Below are positions 1 through 9,212 of a DNA stretch of 64,000 bases, piece after piece (the stretch's first letter is position 1; each line of letters begins with the position of its first letter). The translations under genes and the position numbers were made by a program. The notes beneath the pieces were generated by a model, which worked only from the letters and a program-made list of their open reading frames with translations, did no database searches and was not told the DNA's origin. Source of the stretch: Frankiaceae bacterium (GTDB lineage Bacteria; Actinomycetota; Actinomycetes; JAFAQI01); assembly GCA_025929315.1 (NCBI GenBank), contig JAICMI010000001.1:1802-65801 (forward strand). Direction: 5' to 3'.

Positions 1-327
1 GTATTGAAGCCGCAATATCGCGACTGGAAACACGTTCCGGCACTCGCGCGAATGCTGCGCGGGCAGACGATGGGCACCGCGCCCGGACACCCCAGCGCAC
101 CGATCTACATGGGCGTCGGCAACTCCGACGGCAAGGGCGACGGCGTGATGCGCGCGAGCGACGTCAAGGCACTGGCCGACGAGTACTGCCGGCAGGGGGT
201 GCCGGTGGAGTTCGAGGAATACCAGGGCGCGTCGCACACGACTGCCGGTGCGTTCTTCGAGCCCAAGACCGGCCCGTTCCTGCAAGAACGCTTCGCCGGA
301 GTGCCGTTCACCGGCAACTGCAACTAG
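1..327 (+). CDS. Lipase family protein (secretory LIP-like alpha/beta hydrolase), C-terminal part; 5' end outside window
   Basis: Frame 1 is open from base 1 to the stop at 325-327. The C-terminus (PIYMGVGNSDG...ADEYCRQGVPVEFEEYQGASH...FLQERFAGVPFTGNC) resembles the end of actinobacterial LIP-type lipases. GC3-rich codons. Confidence 0.6.
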   Translation, partial: VLKPQYRDWKHVPALARMLRGQTMGTAPGHPSAPIYMGVGNSDGKGDGVMRASDVKALADEYCRQGVPVEFEEYQGASHTTAGAFFEPKTGPFLQERFAGVPFTGNCN

Positions 328-330
328 GGC

Positions 331-852
331 TCAGAACCTGAAGCGCGTCAGCCCACCCGGCTCCTCGCCCCAGCAGACGACTGCTGAGCGCGGCTCGATC
401 CGGTAGACGTTCCAGGGCGGGGGTCCCTGCATCGGTGCGTTGAACGGCGCGGTGATGCCTGTGCCGCTCTCGTCCGGTTCGACGGGCCAGCCGTTGTCCG
501 CCCACGCCTTCGCGATGCGCGCGACCGCGTCCGGCTCGGTCACCCGCACCGCGTCGCCCTCGAGGACGACGTCCCCGTTGCGTATCGACACCGCGACGGT
601 GCACCGCGGGTCGCGTGCGACATTGCGGCCTTTTCGCGTCGCGCCGGTCTGAAACCAGAACGTGCCGTCCAGCCACATCGCACCGACCGGGGTGACGTGC
701 GGGCTGCCGTCCTCGTTGAGCGTGGTCAGCCAGGTCGTCCAGGCGTTGTGCGCGTCCGCATCCGGCTTCGTCCGCGCGTCGAGCTTTTCCTGGACCGCGG
801 CCCAGTCGACCGGTGGCAGGGACTCGGCGGCGCCCAAGTTGATGGTCTCCAT
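331..852 (-). CDS. Pyridoxamine 5'-phosphate oxidase (PPOX) family split-barrel flavin/F420-binding protein
   Basis: 173-aa ORF with ATG start. The segment TWLTTLNEDGSPHVTPVGAMWLDGTFWFQTG...RKGRNVARDPRCTV is typical of PPOX-class proteins. Divergent from a TetR gene. Confidence 0.8.
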   Translation of the reverse strand: METINLGAAESLPPVDWAAVQEKLDARTKPDADAHNAWTTWLTTLNEDGSPHVTPVGAMWLDGTFWFQTGATRKGRNVARDPRCTVAVSIRNGDVVLEGDAVRVTEPDAVARIAKAWADNGWPVEPDESGTGITAPFNAPMQGPPPWNVYRIEPRSAVVCWGEEPGGLTRFRF

Positions 853-909
853 GGTTCATCAGACTGCGGAGGGCGAGAAAAGTCATCGGTTCCGAGTATC
901 TCCTTGACT

Positions 910-926
910 TCCTAATAGTATTAGGA
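910..926. promoter_or_regulatory. 17-bp perfect palindrome TCCTAATAgTATTAGGA, probable TetR operator in the divergent promoter region
   Basis: Read directly. Arms tcctaata/tattagga surround a central g, and a TTGACT hexamer lies just upstream at 904-909. The site sits between the PPOX gene (start 852, minus) and the TetR gene (start 941, plus). Confidence 0.6.
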
Positions 927-940
927 CATGCTCCCGGTCC

Positions 941-1615
941 ATGGAGACCGGAGCGGTCCAGCTCGACCGGCGGCAACGCAGGCGACAGGAGACGATCGAG
1001 GAGGTCCTCGACGTCGCCGCCGAGCTGATGCGCGAGCAGGGCGTCGCCGGACTGTCGATCGGTGAGGTGGCGCGCCGGATGGGCATCCGGCCACCGTCGC
1101 TCTACGTCTACTTCGACTCCAAGAACGCGTTGTACGACGCGCTCTTCGAGCGGGGAGCCAACCTCATCGCCGACGCCATGCAGACGTTCGGGGAGCAGCT
1201 GGACGACACACTCCCGCTCGAGGACAGCCTGCTTGTCTCGGCCAACGCCTTCATCAAATGGGCGGTCGAGCACCCCGAGTACACGCAGCTCCTGTTCTGG
1301 CGACCGGTACCCGGTTTCAGCCCCTCGGAGCGCGCATATGCGCCAGCGATCCGGCTGGTCGAGCTGTCGCAACAACGCCTCGCGCTACTGCAACGTCGCG
1401 GCCTGCTGCGCGACGACATAGCTCTCGAGGACATCCAGCGTGACTGGACCGTCATCACGTCCGGCATCGTCAGCCAGCAACTGGCCAACGAGCCGGGCCA
1501 ACCGTTCGAGTCCGGCACCTTCACCAGTGCCATCCCCCGCGTCGTGGCGATGTTCGCCCGTCAGTACGCATCGACCCAGCCCACGAGGAGGGCTCGCCAT
1601 GCAGACAAACGTTGA
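941..1615 (+). CDS. TetR/AcrR family transcriptional regulator
   Basis: N-terminal HTH EEVLDVAAELMREQGVAGLSIGEVARRMGIRPPSLYVYFDSKNALYDALF; 224 aa. Confidence 0.9.
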   Translation: METGAVQLDRRQRRRQETIEEVLDVAAELMREQGVAGLSIGEVARRMGIRPPSLYVYFDSKNALYDALFERGANLIADAMQTFGEQLDDTLPLEDSLLVSANAFIKWAVEHPEYTQLLFWRPVPGFSPSERAYAPAIRLVELSQQRLALLQRRGLLRDDIALEDIQRDWTVITSGIVSQQLANEPGQPFESGTFTSAIPRVVAMFARQYASTQPTRRARHADKR

Positions 1616-2378
1616 CCAGATCGCCGACCGCATCTACCGCATCTCTACGTGCATCCCCGAGATCGCACCGGGCGGCTTCACGTTCAACCAGTTCCTCGTC
1701 GACGCCGAGGAGCCGCTGCTCTACCACACGGGCATGCGCGGACTCTTCCCGTTGGTGCGCGAGGCCGTCGAGCGCGTCATGCCGGTCGACAAGCTTCGCT
1801 GGATCGCGTTCTCGCATGTCGAAGCGGACGAGTGCGGCGCCGTCAACGAGTTCCTCGACGTCGCACCGCACGCACAGGTTGCGCACGGCGCGCTCGGCGT
1901 GATGCTGTCCCTGAACGACCAGCTTTCGCGGCCGCCGCGCGCCCTCGATGACGGCGAGGTCATCGACCTCGGCGGCGCATCGATCTCACGCAAGGTCGTC
2001 GAGATCGCCACCCCGCACGTGCCGCACAACTGGGAGTCGCACATGTTCTTCGAGCAGGAGACCGGAACGCTGTTCCTCGGCGACCTGCTCACCCAAGTCG
2101 GCGACGGTCCGGCCATCACCGGCGACGACCTGTTGCAAGCCGCGATCGACGCCGAGGACCTGTTCCATCAGACGTCGCTCGGTCCGGCCGTGCCGGCGAC
2201 GTACCGCCGCATCGCAGATCTCAACCCGCAGCGCCTGGCCATCATGCACGGCTCGTCCTACGAAGGCGACTGCGCGACGCTGCTGCGTCAGATGGCCGAC
2301 GTCTACGAAGAGCGTTATGGCTGCGCAACAGTCCCGAACCAGCCGCTGCCGGCGCACGACTCCCTGGTTGGCGCCTGA
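1599..2378 (+). CDS. MBL-fold metallo-hydrolase / di-iron beta-lactamase-like (ODP-type) protein
   Basis: Internal ATG at 1599 (MQTNVDQIADRIYRIS...) within ORF 1440..2378. The upstream 53 codons are Ser/Pro/Arg-rich and overlap the TetR frame. Metal-motif-like FSHVEADECG. The start overlaps the TetR stop, suggesting an operon. Confidence 0.8.
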   Translation: MQTNVDQIADRIYRISTCIPEIAPGGFTFNQFLVDAEEPLLYHTGMRGLFPLVREAVERVMPVDKLRWIAFSHVEADECGAVNEFLDVAPHAQVAHGALGVMLSLNDQLSRPPRALDDGEVIDLGGASISRKVVEIATPHVPHNWESHMFFEQETGTLFLGDLLTQVGDGPAITGDDLLQAAIDAEDLFHQTSLGPAVPATYRRIADLNPQRLAIMHGSSYEGDCATLLRQMADVYEERYGCATVPNQPLPAHDSLVGA

Positions 2379-2380
2379 CC

Positions 2381-3121
2381 TTGCAGACACGACGGCCCGC
2401 ACTCGATCGAGCGACGGCCATGCGGATGGCAGCGACGGAGTACGCACGGTTCCTCGACGTGCTTCGCTCGCTGTCACCGCAGGAATGGTCGCTGCCGACG
2501 TGCAACACCGGTTGGGACGTCCGCGATCTCGCCGGGCACGTCACTGGCATGACACACATGTCGGCGTCCCTGCGCGAGCAGGCGAGCCAGAACCGTGCCG
2601 CAAACAAGCGCACCAGTGGCCTCTACATCGACGCGCTCACCGCCGAGCAGGTGAAGAGGACCGCGCATCTCGACGCCATCGGGTTGATCGAGCGCTTCGC
2701 CACGATCGGACCGAAAGCTGCACGCGGCCGCAAGCGGGTGCCGGCCTTCGTACGCCGCCGCCCCATGCCGGAGCAGTTCGTCATCAACGGGACCGAGCCG
2801 GAGGCGTGGTCGTTCGGCTATCTCGTTGACGTGATCCTCACCCGCGACACGTGGATGCATCGCAGCGACATCGCGGACGTAACCGGCCGCCCCATGACGC
2901 TCACGCCCGACCACGACGGCGTCCTCGTCGCCGACATCGCCGCCGAGTGGGCGCAGCGCCACGGCCAGCCGTGCACGCTCACGCTGACCGGCCCGGCGCG
3001 AGGCACATGGACGTGGGGCACCGGCGGTCCGTCGTACGAGCTCGACGCCGTGGAGTTCGCGCGGATCCTCTCGGGCCGCGGCGCGGGCGAAGGCCCCCTG
3101 ACGACGCAAGTGCCGTTCTAG
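2381..3121 (+). CDS. Maleylpyruvate isomerase family mycothiol-dependent enzyme (DinB/MDMPI N-terminal domain)
   Basis: N-terminus ...[34 protein letters not shown] is the typical DinB-like helix bundle with its His. The TTG start lies 3 nt after the preceding stop; an alternative ATG is at 2420. Confidence 0.75.
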   Translation: MQTRRPALDRATAMRMAATEYARFLDVLRSLSPQEWSLPTCNTGWDVRDLAGHVTGMTHMSASLREQASQNRAANKRTSGLYIDALTAEQVKRTAHLDAIGLIERFATIGPKAARGRKRVPAFVRRRPMPEQFVINGTEPEAWSFGYLVDVILTRDTWMHRSDIADVTGRPMTLTPDHDGVLVADIAAEWAQRHGQPCTLTLTGPARGTWTWGTGGPSYELDAVEFARILSGRGAGEGPLTTQVPF

Positions 3122-3191
3122 CCCGAGCGATGAGTTTCCTGTCGCCCGTTCGTCGTACGGTGCAGTAGGCCTCGACGACTGGGAGCGGCAT

Positions 3192-4307
3192 ATGAGTGGT
3201 GTGCGTGTATTGGTCGGGACGCGTAAGGGCGCGTTCGTGCTCACCGCGGACGGCAAGCGCAAGGACTGGAACGTCGACGGACCGTTCTTCGCCGGCTGGG
3301 AGATGTACCACCTCAAGGGGTCTCCCGCTGATCCCAACCGCATCTACGCGTCGCAGTCGACCGGCTGGCACGGCCAGGTGATCCAGCGTTCCGACGACGG
3401 CGGCAAGTCCTGGAACCCGGTCGGCAACGACTTCCGCTACGCGACGGTCCCCGGCACCCACCAGTGGTACGACGGCACCCCCCACCCGTGGGAGTTCGCA
3501 CGCGTCTGGCACCTCGAGCCGTCGCTCACCGATCCCGACACGGTCTATGCCGGCGTCGAGGACGCCGCGCTGTTCCGTTCGGTCGACGCCGGCGGGTCAT
3601 GGCAGGAGCTGCCAGGCCTGCGCGAGCACGGCTCCGGCCCCCACTGGCAACCCGGCGCCGGCGGCATGTGCCTGCACACCATCATCCTCGACCCGAGCAA
3701 CCCCGAGCGGATGTTCATCGCCATCTCCGCGGCCGGCGCGTTCCGCACTGACAACGGTGGCAAGACGTGGCAGCCGATCAACCGCGGGCTCAAGTCCGGC
3801 GCCATTCCCGAGGAGGAGGCCGAGGTCGGGCACTGCGTGCACCACGTCGCCATGCACCCGGACCGGCCCGGCACGCTCTACATGCAGAAGCACTGGGACG
3901 TCATGCGCAGTGACGACGCCGGCGACAACTGGTATGACGTCGGCGACAGCCTGCCGACCGACTTCGGTTTCGTGATCGACGTGCACGCACACGAGCCGGA
4001 GACGCTTTACATCGTGCCGATCAAGAGCGACCTGGAGCACTTCCCCCTCGACGGCGCACTGCGCGTGTTCCGTAGCCGCACCGGCGGCAACGAGTGGGAG
4101 CCGCTGACCAAGGGTCTCCCGCAGGACAACTGCTACGTCAACGTCCTGCGTGACGCTATGTCGATCGACTCCCTCGACGAGTGTGGGGTCTACTTCGGGA
4201 CGACAGGCGGTCAGGTCTACTGCTCCCCCGATGGCGGTGACACCTGGTCGGCGATCGTCCGCGACCTCCCTGCGGTGCTGTCCGTCGAGGTGCAGACACT
4301 GAAGTGA
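3192..4307 (+). CDS. Asp-box (BNR) repeat beta-propeller protein, sialidase-like fold, no signal peptide
   Basis: Five SxDxGxxW-type Asp-boxes: [45 protein letters not shown] lies upstream of the ATG at 3192. Confidence 0.85.
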   Translation: MSGVRVLVGTRKGAFVLTADGKRKDWNVDGPFFAGWEMYHLKGSPADPNRIYASQSTGWHGQVIQRSDDGGKSWNPVGNDFRYATVPGTHQWYDGTPHPWEFARVWHLEPSLTDPDTVYAGVEDAALFRSVDAGGSWQELPGLREHGSGPHWQPGAGGMCLHTIILDPSNPERMFIAISAAGAFRTDNGGKTWQPINRGLKSGAIPEEEAEVGHCVHHVAMHPDRPGTLYMQKHWDVMRSDDAGDNWYDVGDSLPTDFGFVIDVHAHEPETLYIVPIKSDLEHFPLDGALRVFRSRTGGNEWEPLTKGLPQDNCYVNVLRDAMSIDSLDECGVYFGTTGGQVYCSPDGGDTWSAIVRDLPAVLSVEVQTLK

Positions 4308-4603
4308 GCGAGATCCGAGTTGTGCTGCCGGGCCATCTGAAGCGACTCGCCCAGGTGGACCACGAAGTTGCGGTTGACGTCGCGACTGCCACGATCGCGT
4401 CGGTGCTGGATGCGGTCGAGGCGGCCTACCCGGCGCTGCGCGGCACGATTCGCGATCAGAGCACCGGCAAGCGGCGCAACTTCATCCGCTACTTCGCCTG
4501 CAACGAGGACCTGTCCCACAGCTCCGCTGACGACCCCCTTCCTGATGCGGTCGTCAGCGGGGCTGAGCCTCTGCTCGTCGTCGGCGCCATGGCCGGCGGC
4601 TGA
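4304..4603 (+). CDS. MoaD/ThiS family ubiquitin-like beta-grasp protein with C-terminal Gly-Gly
   Basis: 99 aa ending ...VVGAMAGG-stop. The GTG start overlaps the upstream TGA (GTGA at 4304-4307). Confidence 0.8.
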   Translation: MSEIRVVLPGHLKRLAQVDHEVAVDVATATIASVLDAVEAAYPALRGTIRDQSTGKRRNFIRYFACNEDLSHSSADDPLPDAVVSGAEPLLVVGAMAGG

Positions 4604-4610
4604 CTGCTGA

Positions 4611-4886
4611 CTAGCCGTCGAAGTAACCCGGATGACGATCGAGCCAGCCGCGGACGAACGGACAGACCGGGTTGACCTCGAGGGCGCGGGACTTCGCATC
4701 GTCCAGCGCCGCCTTGACCAGCTGAGACGCGAGTCCCTTGCCCGCAAAACCGTCCTGGGTCTCGGTGTGTGTGAAGGTCCGCTGGCCTCCCTTGTCCTGG
4801 TACGCCGCGAGCACCGCCAGCTCTCCGTCGACTCTGAGCTCCCACTGCTCGGCCGCAGGGTTGTCCCGCACCTCGATGTCTCCCAT
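4611..4886 (-). CDS. Small GNAT family N-acetyltransferase (YjdJ-like)
   Basis: 91 aa. The motif FTHTETQDGFAGKGLASQLVKAALDDAK...VNPVCPFV is typical of the minimal GNAT-like family. Confidence 0.75.
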   Translation of the reverse strand: MGDIEVRDNPAAEQWELRVDGELAVLAAYQDKGGQRTFTHTETQDGFAGKGLASQLVKAALDDAKSRALEVNPVCPFVRGWLDRHPGYFDG

Positions 4887-4903
4887 GACAGAGACTGTGC
4901 CCC

Positions 4904-6556
4904 GTGGATGCGGACGTCATCGTCGTCGGGGCAGGACTTGCCGGTCTGACCGCTACGGCGGAGCTGGCCGACGCGGGGCGCAAGGTGCTGCTGCTCGACC
5001 AGGAAGGTGAGCAGTCGATCGGCGGGCAGGCGTTCTGGTCGTTCGGCGGCCTGTTCTTCGTGGACTCCCCCGAACAGCGCCGGCTGCGCATCAAGGACAG
5101 CCGCGAGCTCGCCTGGCAGGACTGGCTCGGGACGGCCGGTTTCGACCGCGACGAGGACCATTGGCCGCGCAAGTGGGCCGAGGCCTACGTCGACTTCGCG
5201 AGTGGTGAGAAGCGGGCCTGGCTCCGGCAGATGGGCCACCGGGTGTTCCCGGTGGTCGGATGGGCCGAGCGGGGTGGCTACACCGCGACCGGGCACGGCA
5301 ACTCCGTGCCGCGCTTTCACATCACCTGGGGCACCGGCCCCGGCATCGTCGAGCCGTTCGAGCGACGCGTGCGCGCGCACGTCGAGCGCGGGCTCGTCAC
5401 CCTGGGCGTGCGTCATCAGGTCGACCAGGTCGTCACGTCCGGCGGCGCCGTCACTGGCGTACGCGGAACACTGCTCGAGCCGACATCGGTGGCCCGCGGC
5501 CAGACGTCGTCACGCGCCGGGGTGGGTGAGTTCTCCTACGACGCGCAGGCGGTCATCGTCACGGCGGGTGGCATCGGCGGCAACCACGACCTCGTGCGCA
5601 AGGCATGGCCGGAACGGCTCGGGTCACCACCGCAGCACATGATCAGCGGCGTCCCTGCGCATGTCGACGGGCGCATGATGCAGATCACGCAGGACGCCGG
5701 CGGTCACGTCATCAACCCGGACCGGATGTGGCACTACGTCGAGGGCATCCACAACTGGGACCCGATCTGGCCGATGCACGGCATCCGCATCCTGCCCGGC
5801 CCGTCGTCACTCTGGCTCGACGCCGTCGGTCGCCGACTGCCGGTGCCGCTGTTCCCCGGCTTCGACACTCTGGGCACGCTCGAGCACTTGCGGACGACCG
5901 GCTACGACCACTCGTGGTTCATCCTCACGCGCAAGATCATCGAGAAGGAGTTCGCACTCTCCGGCTCCGAGCAGAACCCTGACCTCACCGGCAAGTCCGT
6001 CCGCGGCGTGTTGCAACGCGCGCGCGAAGGCATACCCGGTCCGGTGCAGGCGTTCCTCGACAAGGGCGAGGACTTCGTACAGGGGACGTCGTTGCGTGAG
6101 CTCGTCGACAGGATGAACGGCGTCACCGGCGGAGAGCCGGCGATCGAGTACGACGCCGTCGAGCGCGAGGTGCGCGCACGCGACGCGGAGATCACCAACA
6201 CGTTCACCAAGGACATGCAGATCGCCGCGATGCGCAATGCACGCACCTATCTCGGCGACAAGCTGATCCGCGTGGCGCGACCGCACCGGTTGCTCGATCC
6301 GAAGGCCGGGCCACTCATCGCGGTGCGCCTCGTCGTACTCACGAGGAAGACCCTCGGTGGTCTGGCGACCGACCTCGACGGGCGGGTGCTCGACGCCGGC
6401 GGCGACCCGGTGCCCGGCTTGTACGCCGCCGGCGAGAGCGCCGGCTTCGGCGGTGGCGGGATGCACGGCTACCGCGCACTCGAGGGCACGTTCCTCGGCG
6501 GTTGCCTGTTCTCCGGCCGCACCGCCGGCCGAGCCGCCGCCAAGGCCGTCGGCTGA
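4904..6556 (+). CDS. FAD-binding dehydrogenase (fumarate reductase/KstD-like flavoprotein family)
   Basis: N-terminal dinucleotide fold DVIVVGAGLAGLTATAELADAGRKVLLLDQE and C-terminal GLYAAGESAGFGGGGMHGYRALEG. GTG start. Confidence 0.85.
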   Translation: MDADVIVVGAGLAGLTATAELADAGRKVLLLDQEGEQSIGGQAFWSFGGLFFVDSPEQRRLRIKDSRELAWQDWLGTAGFDRDEDHWPRKWAEAYVDFASGEKRAWLRQMGHRVFPVVGWAERGGYTATGHGNSVPRFHITWGTGPGIVEPFERRVRAHVERGLVTLGVRHQVDQVVTSGGAVTGVRGTLLEPTSVARGQTSSRAGVGEFSYDAQAVIVTAGGIGGNHDLVRKAWPERLGSPPQHMISGVPAHVDGRMMQITQDAGGHVINPDRMWHYVEGIHNWDPIWPMHGIRILPGPSSLWLDAVGRRLPVPLFPGFDTLGTLEHLRTTGYDHSWFILTRKIIEKEFALSGSEQNPDLTGKSVRGVLQRAREGIPGPVQAFLDKGEDFVQGTSLRELVDRMNGVTGGEPAIEYDAVEREVRARDAEITNTFTKDMQIAAMRNARTYLGDKLIRVARPHRLLDPKAGPLIAVRLVVLTRKTLGGLATDLDGRVLDAGGDPVPGLYAAGESAGFGGGGMHGYRALEGTFLGGCLFSGRTAGRAAAKAVG

Positions 6557-6620
6557 TCTTCGCGGCTACGACCGGTTTCGGCCGTCGTACGTAGGAAAAC
6601 CGGTCCCAGCGACGAAGATC
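6555..6620 (+). terminator. Nested inverted repeat (GATCTTCG...GACCGGTTT-loop-AAACCGGTC...CGAAGATC) downstream of the FAD dehydrogenase
   Basis: Read directly. The outer 8-bp arms are at 6555-6562 and 6613-6620, and the inner 9-bp arms are gaccggttt/aaaccggtc. No U-tract follows, so this is an I-shaped terminator or another RNA/DNA structure. Confidence 0.4.
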
Positions 6621-6627
6621 AGTCTGC

Positions 6628-8172
6628 ATGCGACGCCTGACCCTGCGTACCGCCCTGTCCCTCTCGGCCGTGGCCGCCGTTGCGGCGCCGATGGCGATGC
6701 ACGCCTCCGCCGACCCCGTTGTCGGCGTCGACTCGCAGTGCTTCGCCAAGGCCGAGCGGATCGACCCGCAGGTCCAGGGCGGCGTCGCCACCAACCCGGC
6801 GTGGATCGCCCGCGATCAGCTCAACCAGTACTGCGCGACCCTGCGCGTCCGCGACCAGCTCAACAACCCGGCGTTCGGCGTCGGCAACCTGACCGTCGGC
6901 GCCGAGCTCTACGCAAAGCAGTGGCAGGAGCAGCTGGCTGACGGCCCCGGGCACGTGCACGGCGGCGTGACGACGCAGGTGCCGGGCGCGCTCGGCGCCG
7001 ACCCGTTCCGCGCGATCGACCGCTGGGAGCAGCTCACCGGCGGCAAGGCGATCGAGGTGAAGTTCCCCTCCAGCGACGGCGCGCAGCTGCGCGGCCACGT
7101 CTGGCTGCCGCCGAAGTCGGTCCCGGAGCCGCGCGGTGGCTATCCGGCCGTCGTCATCACCGACGGTTCGATCCAGGCCTACGAGAACCTCTACTACTGG
7201 GCCGCCGAGGGGCTTGCGCAGTACGGCTACGTCGTAATGACCTACGACGTCCAGGGCCAGGGCCACTCCGACCTGCTGCCCAAGAACTGCTCGCCGAGTG
7301 ACTGCCCGGGCGTGCCCTACCAGCAGAACTACAACTTCTACCAAGGCGCCGAGGACTCGCTGTCCTGGTTCCTGTCCAAGGGCAACCCGGCACGCAAGGA
7401 CATCAACCCGTCGCTGCTCGGCATCGCCGGCCACTCGCTTGGCGCGTCCGCGGTGAGCTGGGTCGGCCAGTGCGACAGCCGCGTCAAGACCATCGTCGCC
7501 TGGGACGACCTGGTGCCGATCCAGTTCAACAAGTGCGCCGACAACGTGTCGATCCCCAAGCGGTTCCGCGCAAAGTCGTTGAACACGCCGGCTCTCGCGA
7601 CTGCCAACGACTACGAGTTCAACGTGCAGCCCGCAACCGCACCGCCTGACCCGCACGGCGGCAGCAACATGGGTGGGCTGGCCGGCGACTCGGGCTATCA
7701 GCAGCTTGCCAAGAAGGGCATCGACTCCGAGATCGTGTCGTTCCGCAACGGCACGCACCTGACCTACACCTACATCGACCTCGTCATGTACTCCAACGAG
7801 CTCAGCGAGCGGTTCGCCTTCTACTACACGCTCGCGTGGTTCGACCAGTACCTGCGCAACGGCAGCGATCCCTATACAAGCCAGTCCGCGTTCGAGCGAC
7901 TGACGAGTCTTGGCAAGTACGACGACAGCGCCGACCGGAACAGCAAGGGAAAGCTGGCGATCGGCGCCGGCGTCTACGACCCCACGGCCGTCGACCCGAC
8001 AGACCCGATGAGCGGCAACGTTCCCTACGAGATCAAGGGCGTGCCGATCCCCAACTCGCTGTCGTTCTACTTCTACTCGCAGTACCGGCTGACCGACCCG
8101 CAGTCCGGCCGGCTACGCACCTGCACCGACATGCTCGCCAACTGCCCGGCGAGGCAGCCCAGCGTTCCGTAG
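6628..8172 (+). CDS. Secreted alpha/beta hydrolase
   Basis: Signal peptide MRRLTLRTALSLSAVAAVAAPMAMHASA. Nucleophile elbow GIAGHSLGAS. 514 aa. Confidence 0.8.
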   Translation: MRRLTLRTALSLSAVAAVAAPMAMHASADPVVGVDSQCFAKAERIDPQVQGGVATNPAWIARDQLNQYCATLRVRDQLNNPAFGVGNLTVGAELYAKQWQEQLADGPGHVHGGVTTQVPGALGADPFRAIDRWEQLTGGKAIEVKFPSSDGAQLRGHVWLPPKSVPEPRGGYPAVVITDGSIQAYENLYYWAAEGLAQYGYVVMTYDVQGQGHSDLLPKNCSPSDCPGVPYQQNYNFYQGAEDSLSWFLSKGNPARKDINPSLLGIAGHSLGASAVSWVGQCDSRVKTIVAWDDLVPIQFNKCADNVSIPKRFRAKSLNTPALATANDYEFNVQPATAPPDPHGGSNMGGLAGDSGYQQLAKKGIDSEIVSFRNGTHLTYTYIDLVMYSNELSERFAFYYTLAWFDQYLRNGSDPYTSQSAFERLTSLGKYDDSADRNSKGKLAIGAGVYDPTAVDPTDPMSGNVPYEIKGVPIPNSLSFYFYSQYRLTDPQSGRLRTCTDMLANCPARQPSVP

Positions 8173-8191
8173 TCGGACCTATCCGTGGGGC

Positions 8192-9139
8192 TCATTTGTC
8201 GGCGTAGTAGCCAGTTGTGTAGATGTCGCACACCAGGCCGCCGTCGCTATTGTCGCTGCAGAACGTCCCGTCGCCCTGGTGGGTCGTCCCCAGCGACACA
8301 TTGACCGACGGAGCAGAGTCGAGGCTGAGGCTGCAGTCGAAGTCCCATCCGGCGGAGACGTCGTAGTCGAGACCGCCGGCCCGTCCGGTGCACTGGCCCG
8401 TCACGTGGTGTCCGCCGCCAATCCCGGCCACGGCCATGGTCGGCGTGGGCTCGCCGTCGTGGAGATAGAACCAGCCGCTCGGTTCGCTCAGGATCTCGCC
8501 GGTGTAGACCGACGAACCGATGGCGACCTGCCCGGAGAACTGCACCGTGTATTGCAGTCCGCCGCCGTCGTTTCGCTCCTCGACCTGCACGTCACCGATG
8601 CTCTTCTCGGCCGTCGTGCCGATAGCAGTCGCTTCGGCGTCGGTCTCGACAAAGGGCCCCTGCCACGCCGAGCCGTCAGCGGCCGCAGGCAACAACGTGC
8701 TCTGGAACTGCACGAGCCAGGGCGTGCTTCCGTTCTTGGACAACACGCAGGCGAACAGTGCGTCGATCGGGTCTGAGGGGGAGACGGTCGAGCCGACCGT
8801 GCTGTAGCTGCTGCACCGACCGGAAACGCCCGACGGACTGGCCGTCACGTCGAAGGAACCGATGTCAGTGGGTGTGTCGAACGAAGACGGGGTCGCATGT
8901 CGGATGCCGAACAGCTCGCCCGTGTAGCCCCAGCCATGGTCGCCGATCCGTCCGCTGATCACGATGTCGTAGTCGACATCACCTGTGGCCGGGTCGGTAG
9001 TCCGCGTGAGCGACACGGTGCCCGCACCGGCCTCTGCGTACCTGGGCGTGACCGTAACCGGGGCGGCACTCGCCACGCCCATGGTCAGGGCAATGCCCGC
9101 GATTCCCACGCCAGCGGCTGTGAGCCGTCGTAGCAGCAA
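8192..9139 (-). CDS. Secreted hypothetical protein with an internal two-fold repeat
   Basis: I place the start at TTG 9139, 5 nt after GGGAGG, which gives the signal peptide (M)LLRRLTAAGVGIAGIALTMGVASAAP. Two similar modules are present (GDVDYDIVISGRIGD..YTGELFG and GGLQYTVQFSGQVAIG..YTGEILS). No family recognised. Confidence 0.6.
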   Translation of the reverse strand: MLLRRLTAAGVGIAGIALTMGVASAAPVTVTPRYAEAGAGTVSLTRTTDPATGDVDYDIVISGRIGDHGWGYTGELFGIRHATPSSFDTPTDIGSFDVTASPSGVSGRCSSYSTVGSTVSPSDPIDALFACVLSKNGSTPWLVQFQSTLLPAAADGSAWQGPFVETDAEATAIGTTAEKSIGDVQVEERNDGGGLQYTVQFSGQVAIGSSVYTGEILSEPSGWFYLHDGEPTPTMAVAGIGGGHHVTGQCTGRAGGLDYDVSAGWDFDCSLSLDSAPSVNVSLGTTHQGDGTFCSDNSDGGLVCDIYTTGYYADK

Positions 9140-9212
9140 CGTCGCCTCCCATTGCCTTCGCGGGGAATACTCGCGGCCCGACGAGGCGCCCCGCAAGGGA
9201 GGTTGGAGTCCG

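Noticed and set aside
308-1375. Long 355-aa ORF on the minus strand spanning the PPOX/TetR region. It stands for many similar long ORFs in the track, e.g. 4217..5416(-), 6619..7758(-), 10888..12405(-), 11967..13739(+), 18136..19326(+), 44819..46384(+), 59338..60366(-) and 62691..63569(-).
   Set aside because: These products are Arg/Pro/Gly/Ala-rich with no recognisable domains. They run antisense to, or out of frame with, genes that have clear family signatures. Such shadow ORFs are expected in high-GC DNA because stop codons are rare.
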